Assembly (NCBI GenBank): GCA_022729705.1
Contig: DZAX01000010.1
Coordinates: forward strand, 5,037-69,036
DNA length: 64,000 bases
Source: Helicobacter cetorum
GTDB lineage: Bacteria; Campylobacterota; Campylobacteria; Campylobacterales; UBA6016
Reading direction: 5' to 3'
In this document: in pieces, positions 55,259-64,000 of the stretch
Position numbering within the stretch: position 1 is the stretch's first letter
Layout of the letters: the number at the start of each line of letters is the position of its first letter
The notes under the pieces: model-generated
Databases searched by the model: none
Seen by the model: only the letters and a program-made list of their open reading frames with translations
What the model was told of the DNA's origin: nothing
Position numbers and translations under genes: made by a program

Positions 55259-56965
55259 ATGTTTAAGTTTTTAAACTCCTATTCGCATTTTTATAAAGAG
55301 TATAAAAAAGAGTTTGTGATTGTGTTGATAGGCGTGCTCATGGCCTCGGCGGCTACGGCGGCTATAGCGTATCTCATAAAGCCGGTGCTTGATGAGATAT
55401 TTATCAAAAAAGACACGGCTATGCTGACCATTCTTCCGCTAGCTCTTGTGGCGGTCTATACCGCTAAGAGTTTGGGGGCATTTCTTGAGACTTACTACAT
55501 CTCATATATCGGAAAAGATATTGTAAGGCGGGTAAGAGACAATCTATTGTCGCACTTGATGGATGCCGATATATCGTTTTTTGTCAAAGCCAGGGGCGGA
55601 GAGCTAATAAGCCGCCTAACAAGCGACATCAACCGCATACAATCGGCTGTTTCAAGCTACCTCGCTTCAATTATCAAGGAGAGCTTAACCGCCGTAAGCC
55701 TCGTGGGGATGGTCATATATCAAAGCCCAAAGCTCGCTTTTATCGGGCTTGTTGTGCTTCCGATAGCATTTTATCCGCTTACGCTTTTGGCAAACAGAAT
55801 GCGAAAACTCTCCAAAAAATCGCAGGAGATAAACTCAGACATTACGGCTCATCTTAGCGAGGTGTTTAATAATATCGAGATGATAAAGGCTAGCCGCACG
55901 GAGCGCTATGAGGGCGCGAGATTTGAAAAACATACCGCCGCCTCTTTGCAAATAGATATGAAAAGCGTCAAAACAGCCGAATCAGTCAATCCTTTGATGG
56001 AGATTTTGGGAGCCGTGGCGGCAGCGGTTGTCATCTATATCGGTGGTTTGGAGGTGATGGAGGGTCGTCTTAGCGTGGGCGAGTTTTTTTCCTTTTTGAC
56101 CGCTCTATTTTTGCTATACACTCCTATCCGTCAGCTTTCCAGCGTGTTTAATAAATTCCAAGACGCGATAGCGGCAAACGCCAGAATAAGAGAGCTATTT
56201 GACATAAAAGCGCAGATAGTCGACGGCGAAAAAGAAATAGAGGGCGCCCCAGGTCGCATTGAGATAAAAGAGGTAAGCTTGTCTTATCAAGACGCGCAGG
56301 CGCTAAAAGGGGTCTCTATCACTTTTGAAAAAGGGGTGACAACAGCGCTAGTCGGTCAAAGTGGAGGAGGTAAAAGCTCTCTTGTGGGGCTAATACTACG
56401 TTTTTATGACGCAAACAGCGGCGAGATACTGTTTGACGGCAAAAACATAAAAGAGTTTACGCTTTCGTCGCTACGCTCAAAAATATCAGTGGTAAGTCAA
56501 AGGGTCTACATAATGAACGATAGCGTTGCCGCAAATGTGGCGTATGGCGAGGAGATTGACGAAAAAAGAGTCAAAGAGGCTCTTAGGGCCGCTCACGCCG
56601 ATATATTCGTTGAGGCTTTGCCAAAGGGAGCCGAAACCATGCTTGAAGAGTTTGGCGCCAATCTATCCGGCGGGCAGAGGCAACGTATCGCAATAGCAAG
56701 AGCTCTTTATAAAAATCCCGCTATTCTTATCATGGATGAGGCGACAAGCGCACTTGACAACGAGAGCGAAGCGGAGGTGATGAAAGCCGCCGCCGAAATA
56801 GCTAAGGAGCGCATAGTAATCCTCATAGCGCATAGGCTCTCCACACTAAAAGCCGCCTCAAAAATAGCTCTTTTCAAAGACGGACGCATAGTGTGCCAGG
56901 GAAGCGAGGCGGAGCTTTTAAGAAGCTGTGAAGAGTACGCGAGCCTCTACGCCGCAAAGGAATAA
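55259..56965 (+). CDS. msbA: ABC exporter, fused permease-ATPase (MsbA-like)
   Basis: Six N-terminal TM helices. GQSGGGKSS, LSGGQRQRIAIARA, ILIMDEATSALD. Confidence 0.75.
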   Translation: MFKFLNSYSHFYKEYKKEFVIVLIGVLMASAATAAIAYLIKPVLDEIFIKKDTAMLTILPLALVAVYTAKSLGAFLETYYISYIGKDIVRRVRDNLLSHLMDADISFFVKARGGELISRLTSDINRIQSAVSSYLASIIKESLTAVSLVGMVIYQSPKLAFIGLVVLPIAFYPLTLLANRMRKLSKKSQEINSDITAHLSEVFNNIEMIKASRTERYEGARFEKHTAASLQIDMKSVKTAESVNPLMEILGAVAAAVVIYIGGLEVMEGRLSVGEFFSFLTALFLLYTPIRQLSSVFNKFQDAIAANARIRELFDIKAQIVDGEKEIEGAPGRIEIKEVSLSYQDAQALKGVSITFEKGVTTALVGQSGGGKSSLVGLILRFYDANSGEILFDGKNIKEFTLSSLRSKISVVSQRVYIMNDSVAANVAYGEEIDEKRVKEALRAAHADIFVEALPKGAETMLEEFGANLSGGQRQRIAIARALYKNPAILIMDEATSALDNESEAEVMKAAAEIAKERIVILIAHRLSTLKAASKIALFKDGRIVCQGSEAELLRSCEEYASLYAAKE

Positions 56966-56966
56966 G

Positions 56967-57635
56967 TTGAAAAAACAAATAGACATAAACAGCTTTTGGG
57001 GCTACCTCTATGCTCAGACGTACGCGATGATTGTGGAGCACAACTTTACAAACGTGTTTCGCGCAAACTTTCACCGCATAGACGAGTCGGCGTTTCGCTC
57101 TAGCCAGCCGACAACCTATCAGCTTAGACGCATCATCAAAAAGCAAGGCGTAAAGACGGTGCTAAACCTAAGAGGATACGAAAAAAACTCACCTCTAAGA
57201 GCCCTTGAAGAGAGAGTATGCGAAGAAAACGGCGCAAAACTCGTCTACATCGAGGCGTATTCGCGCAAAATCCCAGAGGTAAAAACTCTTGAAAAATTCA
57301 AAGAGGTATACGCAAATATAGAGTATCCGGTACTAATTCACTGCAAATCAGGAGCCGATAGAGCGGGGCTTGGAAGTATGCTATATCTGCATTTTAAGCG
57401 CAAAACGCCGCTTGAGGCGACAAACCAGCTAAAATTTTGGCCTTACGGACACATCAAACACGCCCGCACAGGGCTTATCGACCTCTTTGTGGAGCTATAC
57501 GCCGCAAGAGACAAAGATGCACCAAGCGATATTATAGAGTTTGCTGTGACGCTTGATCGGGAAAAAATAGAGAGAGAGTTTAAGGCTGTACCGTTTTTTG
57601 AGGGTGTTGTGGATAGGGTGTTAAGGAGGGAGTAA
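56967..57635 (+). CDS. Protein tyrosine/dual-specificity phosphatase-like protein
   Basis: CX5R loop HCKSGADRAG. Start uncertain: TTG 56967 just after the msbA stop, or the track start 56928, which would overlap msbA. Confidence 0.65.
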   Translation: MKKQIDINSFWGYLYAQTYAMIVEHNFTNVFRANFHRIDESAFRSSQPTTYQLRRIIKKQGVKTVLNLRGYEKNSPLRALEERVCEENGAKLVYIEAYSRKIPEVKTLEKFKEVYANIEYPVLIHCKSGADRAGLGSMLYLHFKRKTPLEATNQLKFWPYGHIKHARTGLIDLFVELYAARDKDAPSDIIEFAVTLDREKIEREFKAVPFFEGVVDRVLRRE

Positions 57636-57695
57636 GCGACGGTTTTATCTAAAGCTTAATGCGCCGCTCGATATTGAACCCTTTTTTGTTTTCCT

Positions 57696-59804
57696 TTAAG
57701 CCGTGTACGACTCTTTTAGCGTTACATAATCCACTTTGCCCGTACCAAGCGACGGAATAGCGTCTACCACTATCCGTTTTTTTGGTATAGCCATCTCGGG
57801 ATACCCTATCTCTTTAGCTTTTGATAGCAGCGCTTCGGTTGTCAAGCTCCCATCCGTGGTAAATAAAAGCAGAGACTCGCCCCTGTTCTCACTAGGTACA
57901 GATATAACGGCGTGAGACAGGTCTGACACACTTTTTACAAAGTTTTCCACAGCTTCCAAAGAGATCATTTCGCCCGCGATTTTTACAAATCTTCTTAAGC
58001 GTCCTTTGATAAATATATAGCCATCCTCTATCTCCACTATATCCCCAGTCGAGTACCACCCCTTGCCAAATATCGATTCGCAATGTGCGATAACGCCCGG
58101 ATTGTCCGCTTTGATATAGCCCTTCATGACGTTTGGACCTTGCACATGTAGGATTTTGCCCTCCATGCCGTCCACGTCTTCAAGCATATAAGACATACCC
58201 GGCAAAAGCTTGCCAACAGAGCCAACCGCCGATGATAACGGTGTATTGACGGAGATTACAGGTGCGGTTTCGGTGGCTCCATACCCCTCCATGATGTCAA
58301 TATCAAATTTCTCTGACCATAACTCTCTTGTTTGTGATGATAGCTTTTCAGCTCCTGCGACGACGTAGCGAATGGTTGCGAAGTCTTTTTCGTCTGCGCT
58401 TTTGGCGTAGTTTTGCAAAAATGTAGAGGTTCCAAAAAGTATGGTGCAACTTTTTTCTCTAATAATGCTCGGAATGATTTTGTAATGCAAAGGGTTTGGA
58501 TACAAAAATATCTTTGACCCTGACAAAATAGGCAAAACACAACCGCAAGTAAAACCAAACGAGTGAAAAATAGGCAGTGCGAGAAAAAACTTATCGTCCT
58601 CGCCAAAGTCTGATACGGCACGTAGTTGTGCAGCGTTTGAGATGATGGAGCGGTGCGTGTGAACCACCGCTTTTGGCGCACCCTCGGAGCCGGAGGTGAA
58701 GAGCATCACAAGCTCTTCTGGCTTGTCGCGAACTTTTTGCGGAAATTTTGTCTGCAAAAATACTTTTATCTTGTCAAATAGAGTTAGGCTTTCTTTTAAA
58801 TCCTCAGCGTAGATGATATTTAACCCCAAATCATCAAGGCTTAGACCCGCTTTTTCCAAAAAAGCTCTGGAGGTGATTACGCTTTTCATATTTACGCTCT
58901 CAGCGCAAGCGCGTATGCTTTTCATGCCCGACGTGTAGTTGAGCATGGCGGGAATACGCCCCTCTTTTGTCGCACCGAGTATCACGCCAAGCGTCGCTAT
59001 CACGTTTGGCAACATCAGCCCCAGTGCTTCGCCCTCTTTTGTGTGTCTATTTAGCGCTATACCTACGGCGTTGGCTATTTTTAGGAGTTTTGAGTATGAA
59101 GCCTCTATCTGATTGTGATCTTCTATAAAGTTTTTGTCGCCGTAAAGAGCCGTAGACTCCAAAAATAGATTAAATAGATAATCCATCTTGTGAGCCTCAA
59201 GAAGCGCGTCTTGCATAATCTCTTTTAGCTTAGTCGCGCATACCATCCTAGCCTCGCGAGAGCCTACGCCGCTTGGTGCGTCTATGAAGGCGTCTTTCAG
59301 AACTCGCAAATGGATTTTTGGAAAAAATATCTTTGGCAAAGAGAGTTTGGCAAAGTATGAAAAACCAGGCCCCTCAAGTCTTATCGGAACTATTTTAGCG
59401 TTTGTCTTTGCGACTATAAAAGCCGCCGCACCATATATTTTCATCAAAGCGTCGCCATCTGTGAGCTTGCCTTTCAAAAAAATAGCGGTCGGTTTTTGGC
59501 TTATAGTTTGCAAGACTCTTCGTATTGTCAATGGGTTTTTATCGTCAATCGTCAGATACTCTACAAAACTTAGCACAAATCTAAAGAATGGATTGGAGAG
59601 CGTCTTATTGTCTACTATAAAAACGATAGACGGAAAGTTGAGTGCTAATATTAAAGCGTTTAAAAAAGTGTTGTGGTTTGAGATTATCAGCGTATTTGGA
59701 GTTAGGTTCGTTGCGCCGTGTACGCAGACTCTGAAAAGTGAGTTGATAAGCGTCTTAAGCATATTTGGTAAAAATCCTCTATTTTGGTGCGGAACATTCA
59801 GCAT
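57696..59804 (-). CDS. Acyltransferase-like domain fused to an acyl-ACP/acyl-CoA synthetase domain (Aas-like)
   Basis: AMP-binding motif LFTSGSEGAPKAV, GYGATETAP, TGDIVEI. The N-terminal ~200 aa are PlsC-like. Confidence 0.75.
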   Translation of the reverse strand: MLNVPHQNRGFLPNMLKTLINSLFRVCVHGATNLTPNTLIISNHNTFLNALILALNFPSIVFIVDNKTLSNPFFRFVLSFVEYLTIDDKNPLTIRRVLQTISQKPTAIFLKGKLTDGDALMKIYGAAAFIVAKTNAKIVPIRLEGPGFSYFAKLSLPKIFFPKIHLRVLKDAFIDAPSGVGSREARMVCATKLKEIMQDALLEAHKMDYLFNLFLESTALYGDKNFIEDHNQIEASYSKLLKIANAVGIALNRHTKEGEALGLMLPNVIATLGVILGATKEGRIPAMLNYTSGMKSIRACAESVNMKSVITSRAFLEKAGLSLDDLGLNIIYAEDLKESLTLFDKIKVFLQTKFPQKVRDKPEELVMLFTSGSEGAPKAVVHTHRSIISNAAQLRAVSDFGEDDKFFLALPIFHSFGFTCGCVLPILSGSKIFLYPNPLHYKIIPSIIREKSCTILFGTSTFLQNYAKSADEKDFATIRYVVAGAEKLSSQTRELWSEKFDIDIMEGYGATETAPVISVNTPLSSAVGSVGKLLPGMSYMLEDVDGMEGKILHVQGPNVMKGYIKADNPGVIAHCESIFGKGWYSTGDIVEIEDGYIFIKGRLRRFVKIAGEMISLEAVENFVKSVSDLSHAVISVPSENRGESLLLFTTDGSLTTEALLSKAKEIGYPEMAIPKKRIVVDAIPSLGTGKVDYVTLKESYTA

Positions 59805-60077
59805 ATAATGATATATTCTTTATACTTCACAACTGTTGCAATTTTTTTTGTTAGACAATGAGCGATTAGACTTCTCGCAAAACTCTCTATGAAATGAGCG
59901 CCTCAAAGAGCTATGAGATTAACATTTTGGATAAAGAAGATATTGATTTTATTTCGCAAAGCAAAATATTGGAATTACATGGCAAGGAACCAAAACATTG
60001 GTTGTCCAGTTTTGGTTACTTAATGGTCGTAATCATTGTATATTTTGTATAATCCAAAAAAAGAGGATTAGAAAAGA

Positions 60078-60260
60078 TTGTTTTGGGGGGCGTGGTTGAA
60101 AATATTGTATACAGGCGGACAAAAAAGCGGCAAAAGCCGTCTTGCTGAAGCTAAAGCACTATCGCTAGTCAAAAGCCAAAAACCTTATTATGTCGCGACT
60201 AGCGAAGCGATGGATGCTGAGATGATAAAATTGATTTTAATAAAAATTCGGAGTCACTAA
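60078..60260 (+). pseudogene. cobU: cobU/cobP (adenosylcobinamide kinase / guanylyltransferase), 5' remnant only
   Basis: LKILYTGGQKSGKSRLAE...YYVATSEAMDAEM matches the CobU P-loop N-terminus (about 45 of roughly 175 aa). It then switches to AT-rich sequence and stops at the Fic ATG (TAATG). Confidence 0.7.
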
Positions 60261-61543
60261 TGGCATACATAAATATATTAAAAGAGTTTGCCGATTACCC
60301 AACAAGCGATAAAGAGTGGGTTAGATATTTCACAATATCGAACTACTTTACAGAAAATGAGATGGAATATCGTCGTAAAAGAGTAGATGAAAATAGTTGT
60401 AATTTTGAGAACATTATTGAAGAAGTTAAAAAGTATAGAGCAGAACAAAAAAAAGTTATTTTTGAGTACAAAAACAAAAAATTTATGCTTTGCGAAACAA
60501 AAAAACTAAAAGACTCTGTGGCGACAATGAAAGAGTTTTATAAAAGCATCGAATATCATTTTAAGGACAGGTTTAACAATAAGCTTATTGTTGATTCTTT
60601 AATACTTGAGGCGTTTTCTTCTTCCTCCATAGAAGGGGCGCATAGTACAATCAAAAGAACCAACGAGCTTGTTGTCAAAAAAGAAGAGCCAAAAGACAAA
60701 AGCGAAAAAATGATTTTAAATAACTACGAAGCCCTTGATTTTTTGCGTAAAAAAAACGACGACTTAAGTAGCGAGTTTGTATGCGAAATCCACAAAATAG
60801 TTTCAGCAGGTACGCTAGACGAGAATAAAGATGAGGGAGTATACAGAACAGAATCTGTAGAGATAATGAATGACAAAGGCAAAGTAATCTTTTCTCCTAC
60901 GGCAAGCATAGTTGAAATGCGAAACATGATAAATAAACTTTATGAGTTTTTATCAGATGACGACTTTCAAACACCTATTGAAAATATATACAAAGCGATA
61001 GCGTTTCACTTTATCTTTAGCTATATCCACCCTTTTATGGACGGAAACGGTAGAACCGTGCGGGTACTATTTACATATATGCTCAAAAAATACGGCTTCG
61101 ATATGTTTTATTTTATATCGCTTTCAGAGGTAATATACAAACCAAAAAATATCAAAAACTACTACGAGGCATTTGTGCAAGTCGAGCGCAGTGAGACAAA
61201 CGGCGTACTTGATATGACATATTTTTTTTACTACATGACCCATGTTATGCAAGAGGGGATAGGGATATTAAAAGATAGGGTTAAAAACTATATGCGAGAG
61301 GATTTTACCATTGATAAAGTAAAGAAAAGTTCGCTTGACTTAACGCCTAGGCAAAAGCTAATCATAAAAATACTATCCAACTCTAAGCGTTCTTTTATGC
61401 AAACATCTGATGAAATAGCAAAACAAATCAAAGTATCAAAGCAAACAGCTGTTAAGGATTTAAACTATCTTATACAGTTTGAGCTAGCTAGAGTAAAAAA
61501 AATAGGGCGAAACAACTTCTATAGCCTGAGCATAGAATTATAG
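60260..61543 (+). CDS. Fic-domain protein (427 aa) with a C-terminal winged-helix DNA-binding-like domain
   Basis: HPFMDGNGRTVRV canonical Fic motif. SSSIEGAHS inhibitory-type motif. C-terminal LTPRQKLIIKIL...TSDEIAKQIKVSKQTAVKDLNYL is HTH-like. Visibly AT-rich. Confidence 0.9.
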   Translation: MAYINILKEFADYPTSDKEWVRYFTISNYFTENEMEYRRKRVDENSCNFENIIEEVKKYRAEQKKVIFEYKNKKFMLCETKKLKDSVATMKEFYKSIEYHFKDRFNNKLIVDSLILEAFSSSSIEGAHSTIKRTNELVVKKEEPKDKSEKMILNNYEALDFLRKKNDDLSSEFVCEIHKIVSAGTLDENKDEGVYRTESVEIMNDKGKVIFSPTASIVEMRNMINKLYEFLSDDDFQTPIENIYKAIAFHFIFSYIHPFMDGNGRTVRVLFTYMLKKYGFDMFYFISLSEVIYKPKNIKNYYEAFVQVERSETNGVLDMTYFFYYMTHVMQEGIGILKDRVKNYMREDFTIDKVKKSSLDLTPRQKLIIKILSNSKRSFMQTSDEIAKQIKVSKQTAVKDLNYLIQFELARVKKIGRNNFYSLSIEL

Positions 61544-61547
61544 GTTT

Positions 61548-62288
61548 ATGATAAAACACCACATAGCGGGCTTTCGCATAGCGTTTTCGATGATGACGGT
61601 ATTGCCGTTTTTCAGGCTCCATGAGTTTAAGACGGGGTGCAACGGATATGCAGCGGCTTATTATCCCATGATTGGGCTGTTTTTGGGCGTTCTTATCTAT
61701 ACCATTTATGCTGTATTCCACGGATTTTTGCCCGAAAATTTCCTTAGAGTAGGGCTTTTTGCGCTTTTTGTCTCTCTTTACGGTGCGCTTCATTTGGACG
61801 GTTTTGTGGATACGATAGACGGACTTTTTGCGCCGCCTCATCGCGCTCTTGATGTGATGAAAGAGCCTACTATCGGGGCGATGGGGGCGATATATGGGTT
61901 TTTATTTTTATCGCTCAAACTCGCCGCTTTTTTGGCTCTTGCGGACTTTGCGCTTTTTTTGCTTGTTCCTATGTTGTCTCGTTTTGGCGGGACGCTTGCG
62001 ATATACGGCTTTTCATATGTGCGTCCAAGCGGTATGGGGTATATGGCAAAAAAAGAGCTGACAACGCCTCTTTTTATATACTCCGCCGCTCTTGTATGCG
62101 CTGTTATCGCCCTTGTCAATCCGCTGTTTTTTGTGTTTTTGGCGGTTGCTATTGCGGCGTCCATTTGGGTTTCAAAATATCTAGTAAAGCGCTTTGGCGG
62201 TCTTAGCGGGGATATGTACGGGTTTGTTATTGAGGTTGTGGAGTTTGTTTTGCTTTTTGCTATTGTTGTATTTGAGTCTTGCAAGTAG
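61548..62288 (+). CDS. cobS: Adenosylcobinamide-GDP ribazoletransferase (cobalamin synthase)
   Basis: Polytopic membrane protein. ...MMTVLPF..., HLDGFVDTIDGL, GGLSGDMYG. Confidence 0.85.
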   Translation: MIKHHIAGFRIAFSMMTVLPFFRLHEFKTGCNGYAAAYYPMIGLFLGVLIYTIYAVFHGFLPENFLRVGLFALFVSLYGALHLDGFVDTIDGLFAPPHRALDVMKEPTIGAMGAIYGFLFLSLKLAAFLALADFALFLLVPMLSRFGGTLAIYGFSYVRPSGMGYMAKKELTTPLFIYSAALVCAVIALVNPLFFVFLAVAIAASIWVSKYLVKRFGGLSGDMYGFVIEVVEFVLLFAIVVFESCK

Positions 62289-62353
62289 CTTTGGTTAGAT
62301 TGAAACTTTATTCTTGCATAATACGTTATAAAAAATGAATATTAGGTTTTGAT

Positions 62354-64000
62354 TTGAGCAAAAATGTACCGATAAAAGAGACACCATTTGCCTTGCGACC
62401 ACGCGAAAAGTTCAAAAAATACGGCTCTTCGTTTTTGGACAATAGCGAGCTTTTGGCAATACTGCTCGGCTCTGGCGTAGCAGGGAAAAATGTCTCCGAG
62501 GTTTCAAAATCAATTTTAAAAAAATATGAAAGCGGGCTTGTTGACACGAATTATAAAGAGCTAATGGGCGAAAGAGGCATTGGCGAAGTCAAGGCTATCC
62601 AACTCCATTGCGCTTTTGAATTATCAAAAAGATTGTTAAAAACAGACGATACTAAGCCGCTTATCCAGAGCGTAGCCGATTTGGAGCCGCTTTTAAGACC
62701 TTTTAAAATAGAGAAAAAAGAGCATTTAATAGCCTTTTATCTTAGCGCTACAAATCATCTTTTGGCGCAAGAAACGATTAGTATAGGTACGGTCGAGGCA
62801 AATCTTATCCACCCAAGAGAGGTCTTTGCGCCTGCTTTTGAGTATCGAGCCACCGCTGTTATTATTGCGCATAATCACCCTTTTGGAGATAGTAAGCCAT
62901 CCAAAGAAGATATTGAGATAACAAAAAAAATAGTCGAAGCCGGAGAGGTATTGGGTATTAAATTGATCGACCATATTATAGTTTCTCAGGCGGAAAACTA
63001 TAGTTTTTTTGGTGAAAGTCAATTGCGTTTGGGTGTTGCCGAGCCGATGTTGTATCTAAGGCAGGGCGCAGTTCAAAGGTCTTTGTTTGAGCTTGATTGT
63101 GTTGAGATTTCTGTTACAAAAGTTGCCAAAGCCACAAAAGCGACCCCATTTGTGGCGACTCCTAATAAAGTCGCTATTCAGCAAAGACGTTATTTGGGTA
63201 ATAAATATGGCGTTTTGAACTTAATAGATGAAGTGGTAAAAAGTGAAATAGGTGAGTTTGAAAGTCTATGCGATATTTTTGCGGGAACAGGCGTGGTTGG
63301 GCATCGATACAACACGGAAAATAGACGGATAATATCAAACGACCTGCTATTTAGTAACTACATAACGACTAGCGCTTTTTTGGGCTCTACGAATATTGAC
63401 GAGCTAAAAATGCTACAGATAATCGATGAGTTAAACAATCTAAAAATGACGGAACTAAATTATGTATCTATTTTTTTTGGCGGCAAATATTTTACAAGCG
63501 AAACGGCACTGCGTATAGGCGACATACGAGAAAAAATAAATCAGCTCTTTATCGCAAATACAATCAATTTTCAAGAAAAATCAATACTTCTGACATCATT
63601 ACTATACGCAATGGATAGAGTAGCAAATACCGTTGGGCACTATGACGCATATATCAAAAAAGAGCCGACAAGGGATAATTTTGTTTTGAAACTCCCTAAT
63701 ATAAACTACAAAGCTAATCAAGGCAACCAAATATACAATCAAGATGCAAATACGCTAATAAGGCAAATAGAGTGTGATGTCCTATATATAGACCCTCCAT
63801 ACAACTCTAGGCAATATTGCGATTCTTATCATTTGCTTGAAAATATAATGCGATGGGAGAAACCGGAGCTACACGGTGAAGCTAGAAAATTTGACAGGAC
63901 GCATATCAAAAGTGAATATAGCCTAAAAAGCGCAACAAGGGCTTTTGCCGATTTGATAGAAAACGCCAAGTGTAAATATATATTGTTTTCATACAACAAC
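62354..64000 (+). CDS. RadC-like JAB domain and D12-class N6-adenine DNA methyltransferase in a single open frame (3' end beyond the window)
   Basis: Absent from the ORF track (TTG start, no stop in window). Manual translation gives LSKNVPIKETPFALRPREKF...SELLAILLGSG...ERGIGEVKAIQL...VIIAHNHPFGDSKPSKEDIEITKKIV (RadC JAB motif HNHPxGxxxPSxxD). It continues without a stop through ...YSFFGESQLRLGVAEPMLYL... into RRYLGNKYGVL, DIFAGTGVVG (motif I) and VLYIDPPYNSRQY (motif IV, DPPY). I checked the frame codon by codon across 62941-63127. Confidence 0.75.
   Translation, partial: MSKNVPIKETPFALRPREKFKKYGSSFLDNSELLAILLGSGVAGKNVSEVSKSILKKYESGLVDTNYKELMGERGIGEVKAIQLHCAFELSKRLLKTDDTKPLIQSVADLEPLLRPFKIEKKEHLIAFYLSATNHLLAQETISIGTVEANLIHPREVFAPAFEYRATAVIIAHNHPFGDSKPSKEDIEITKKIVEAGEVLGIKLIDHIIVSQAENYSFFGESQLRLGVAEPMLYLRQGAVQRSLFELDCVEISVTKVAKATKATPFVATPNKVAIQQRRYLGNKYGVLNLIDEVVKSEIGEFESLCDIFAGTGVVGHRYNTENRRIISNDLLFSNYITTSAFLGSTNIDELKMLQIIDELNNLKMTELNYVSIFFGGKYFTSETALRIGDIREKINQLFIANTINFQEKSILLTSLLYAMDRVANTVGHYDAYIKKEPTRDNFVLKLPNINYKANQGNQIYNQDANTLIRQIECDVLYIDPPYNSRQYCDSYHLLENIMRWEKPELHGEARKFDRTHIKSEYSLKSATRAFADLIENAKCKYILFSYNN

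Noticed and set aside
59805-60077. Possible cobalamin riboswitch upstream of the cobU remnant and cobS. The region also contains a 9-bp hairpin (AACCAAAAC...GTTTTGGTT, ~59987-60017) and a 52-codon ORF (59894-60052).
   Set aside because: I could find no B12-box-like element (GCCACTG-type core) or conserved riboswitch stems. The hairpin lacks a T-tract, and the small ORF has no supporting motif or obvious RBS.
61838-62284. 148-aa minus-strand ORF, with another at 61488-61841.
   Set aside because: It is antisense to cobS and the Fic 3' end. The plus-strand products have clear family signatures.
62326-63022. Two minus-strand track ORFs (62326-62547 and 62726-63022).
   Set aside because: They are antisense to the plus-strand RadC-MTase frame. 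That frame carries the HNHPxGxxxPSxxD JAB motif and is open for more than 1.6 kb.

Overview
This 64-kb chromosomal window looks like a non-jejuni Campylobacter or related Campylobacterota genome. Supporting this from memory: a Campylobacter-type flagellin N-terminus ([11 protein letters not shown]...), the ddl-ruvA-DUF342 / murJ-cysS-msbA neighbourhood, and a Wolinella-type cytochrome-c nosZ cluster (nosZ-B-D-G-C1-C2-H-F-L-Y). Housekeeping blocks (bluB, pilT, gatC, hemL, an RND efflux pump, a PAS kinase with response regulator, ilvD, addA, ddl, ruvA, murJ, cysS, msbA-like, aas-like, cobS) are interrupted by accessory patches. The most unusual patch is at the left edge (1-7912, minus strand). 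It is a type III CRISPR-Cas-like effector operon with no array and no adaptation genes in view: Cas6, an HD-less Cas10 with intact GGDD, and four RAMP genes including a double-RAMP fusion. A three-gene Fic cassette is spliced into it by 4-11 nt start/stop overlaps: a degenerate Doc/Fic-like protein, a 129-aa unknown, and a canonical auto-inhibited Fic AMPylase. No CARF/SAVED effector, separate Cas11, cas1/cas2 or repeats are visible. Other accessory items are: decayed hicAB/DUF2442 remnants; a secreted EEP nuclease; IS66/IS481/IS3 fragments and a recurring IS-end motif; a DUF262(ParB-like)-HEPN gene pair plus vapBC after ilvD; a third Fic gene that replaced the 3' part of cobU; and a RadC(JAB)-D12 adenine methyltransferase reading frame with no intervening stop that runs off the right edge. 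I recognised no rRNA, tRNA or CRISPR array. All family assignments come from motifs read by eye, not from database searches.
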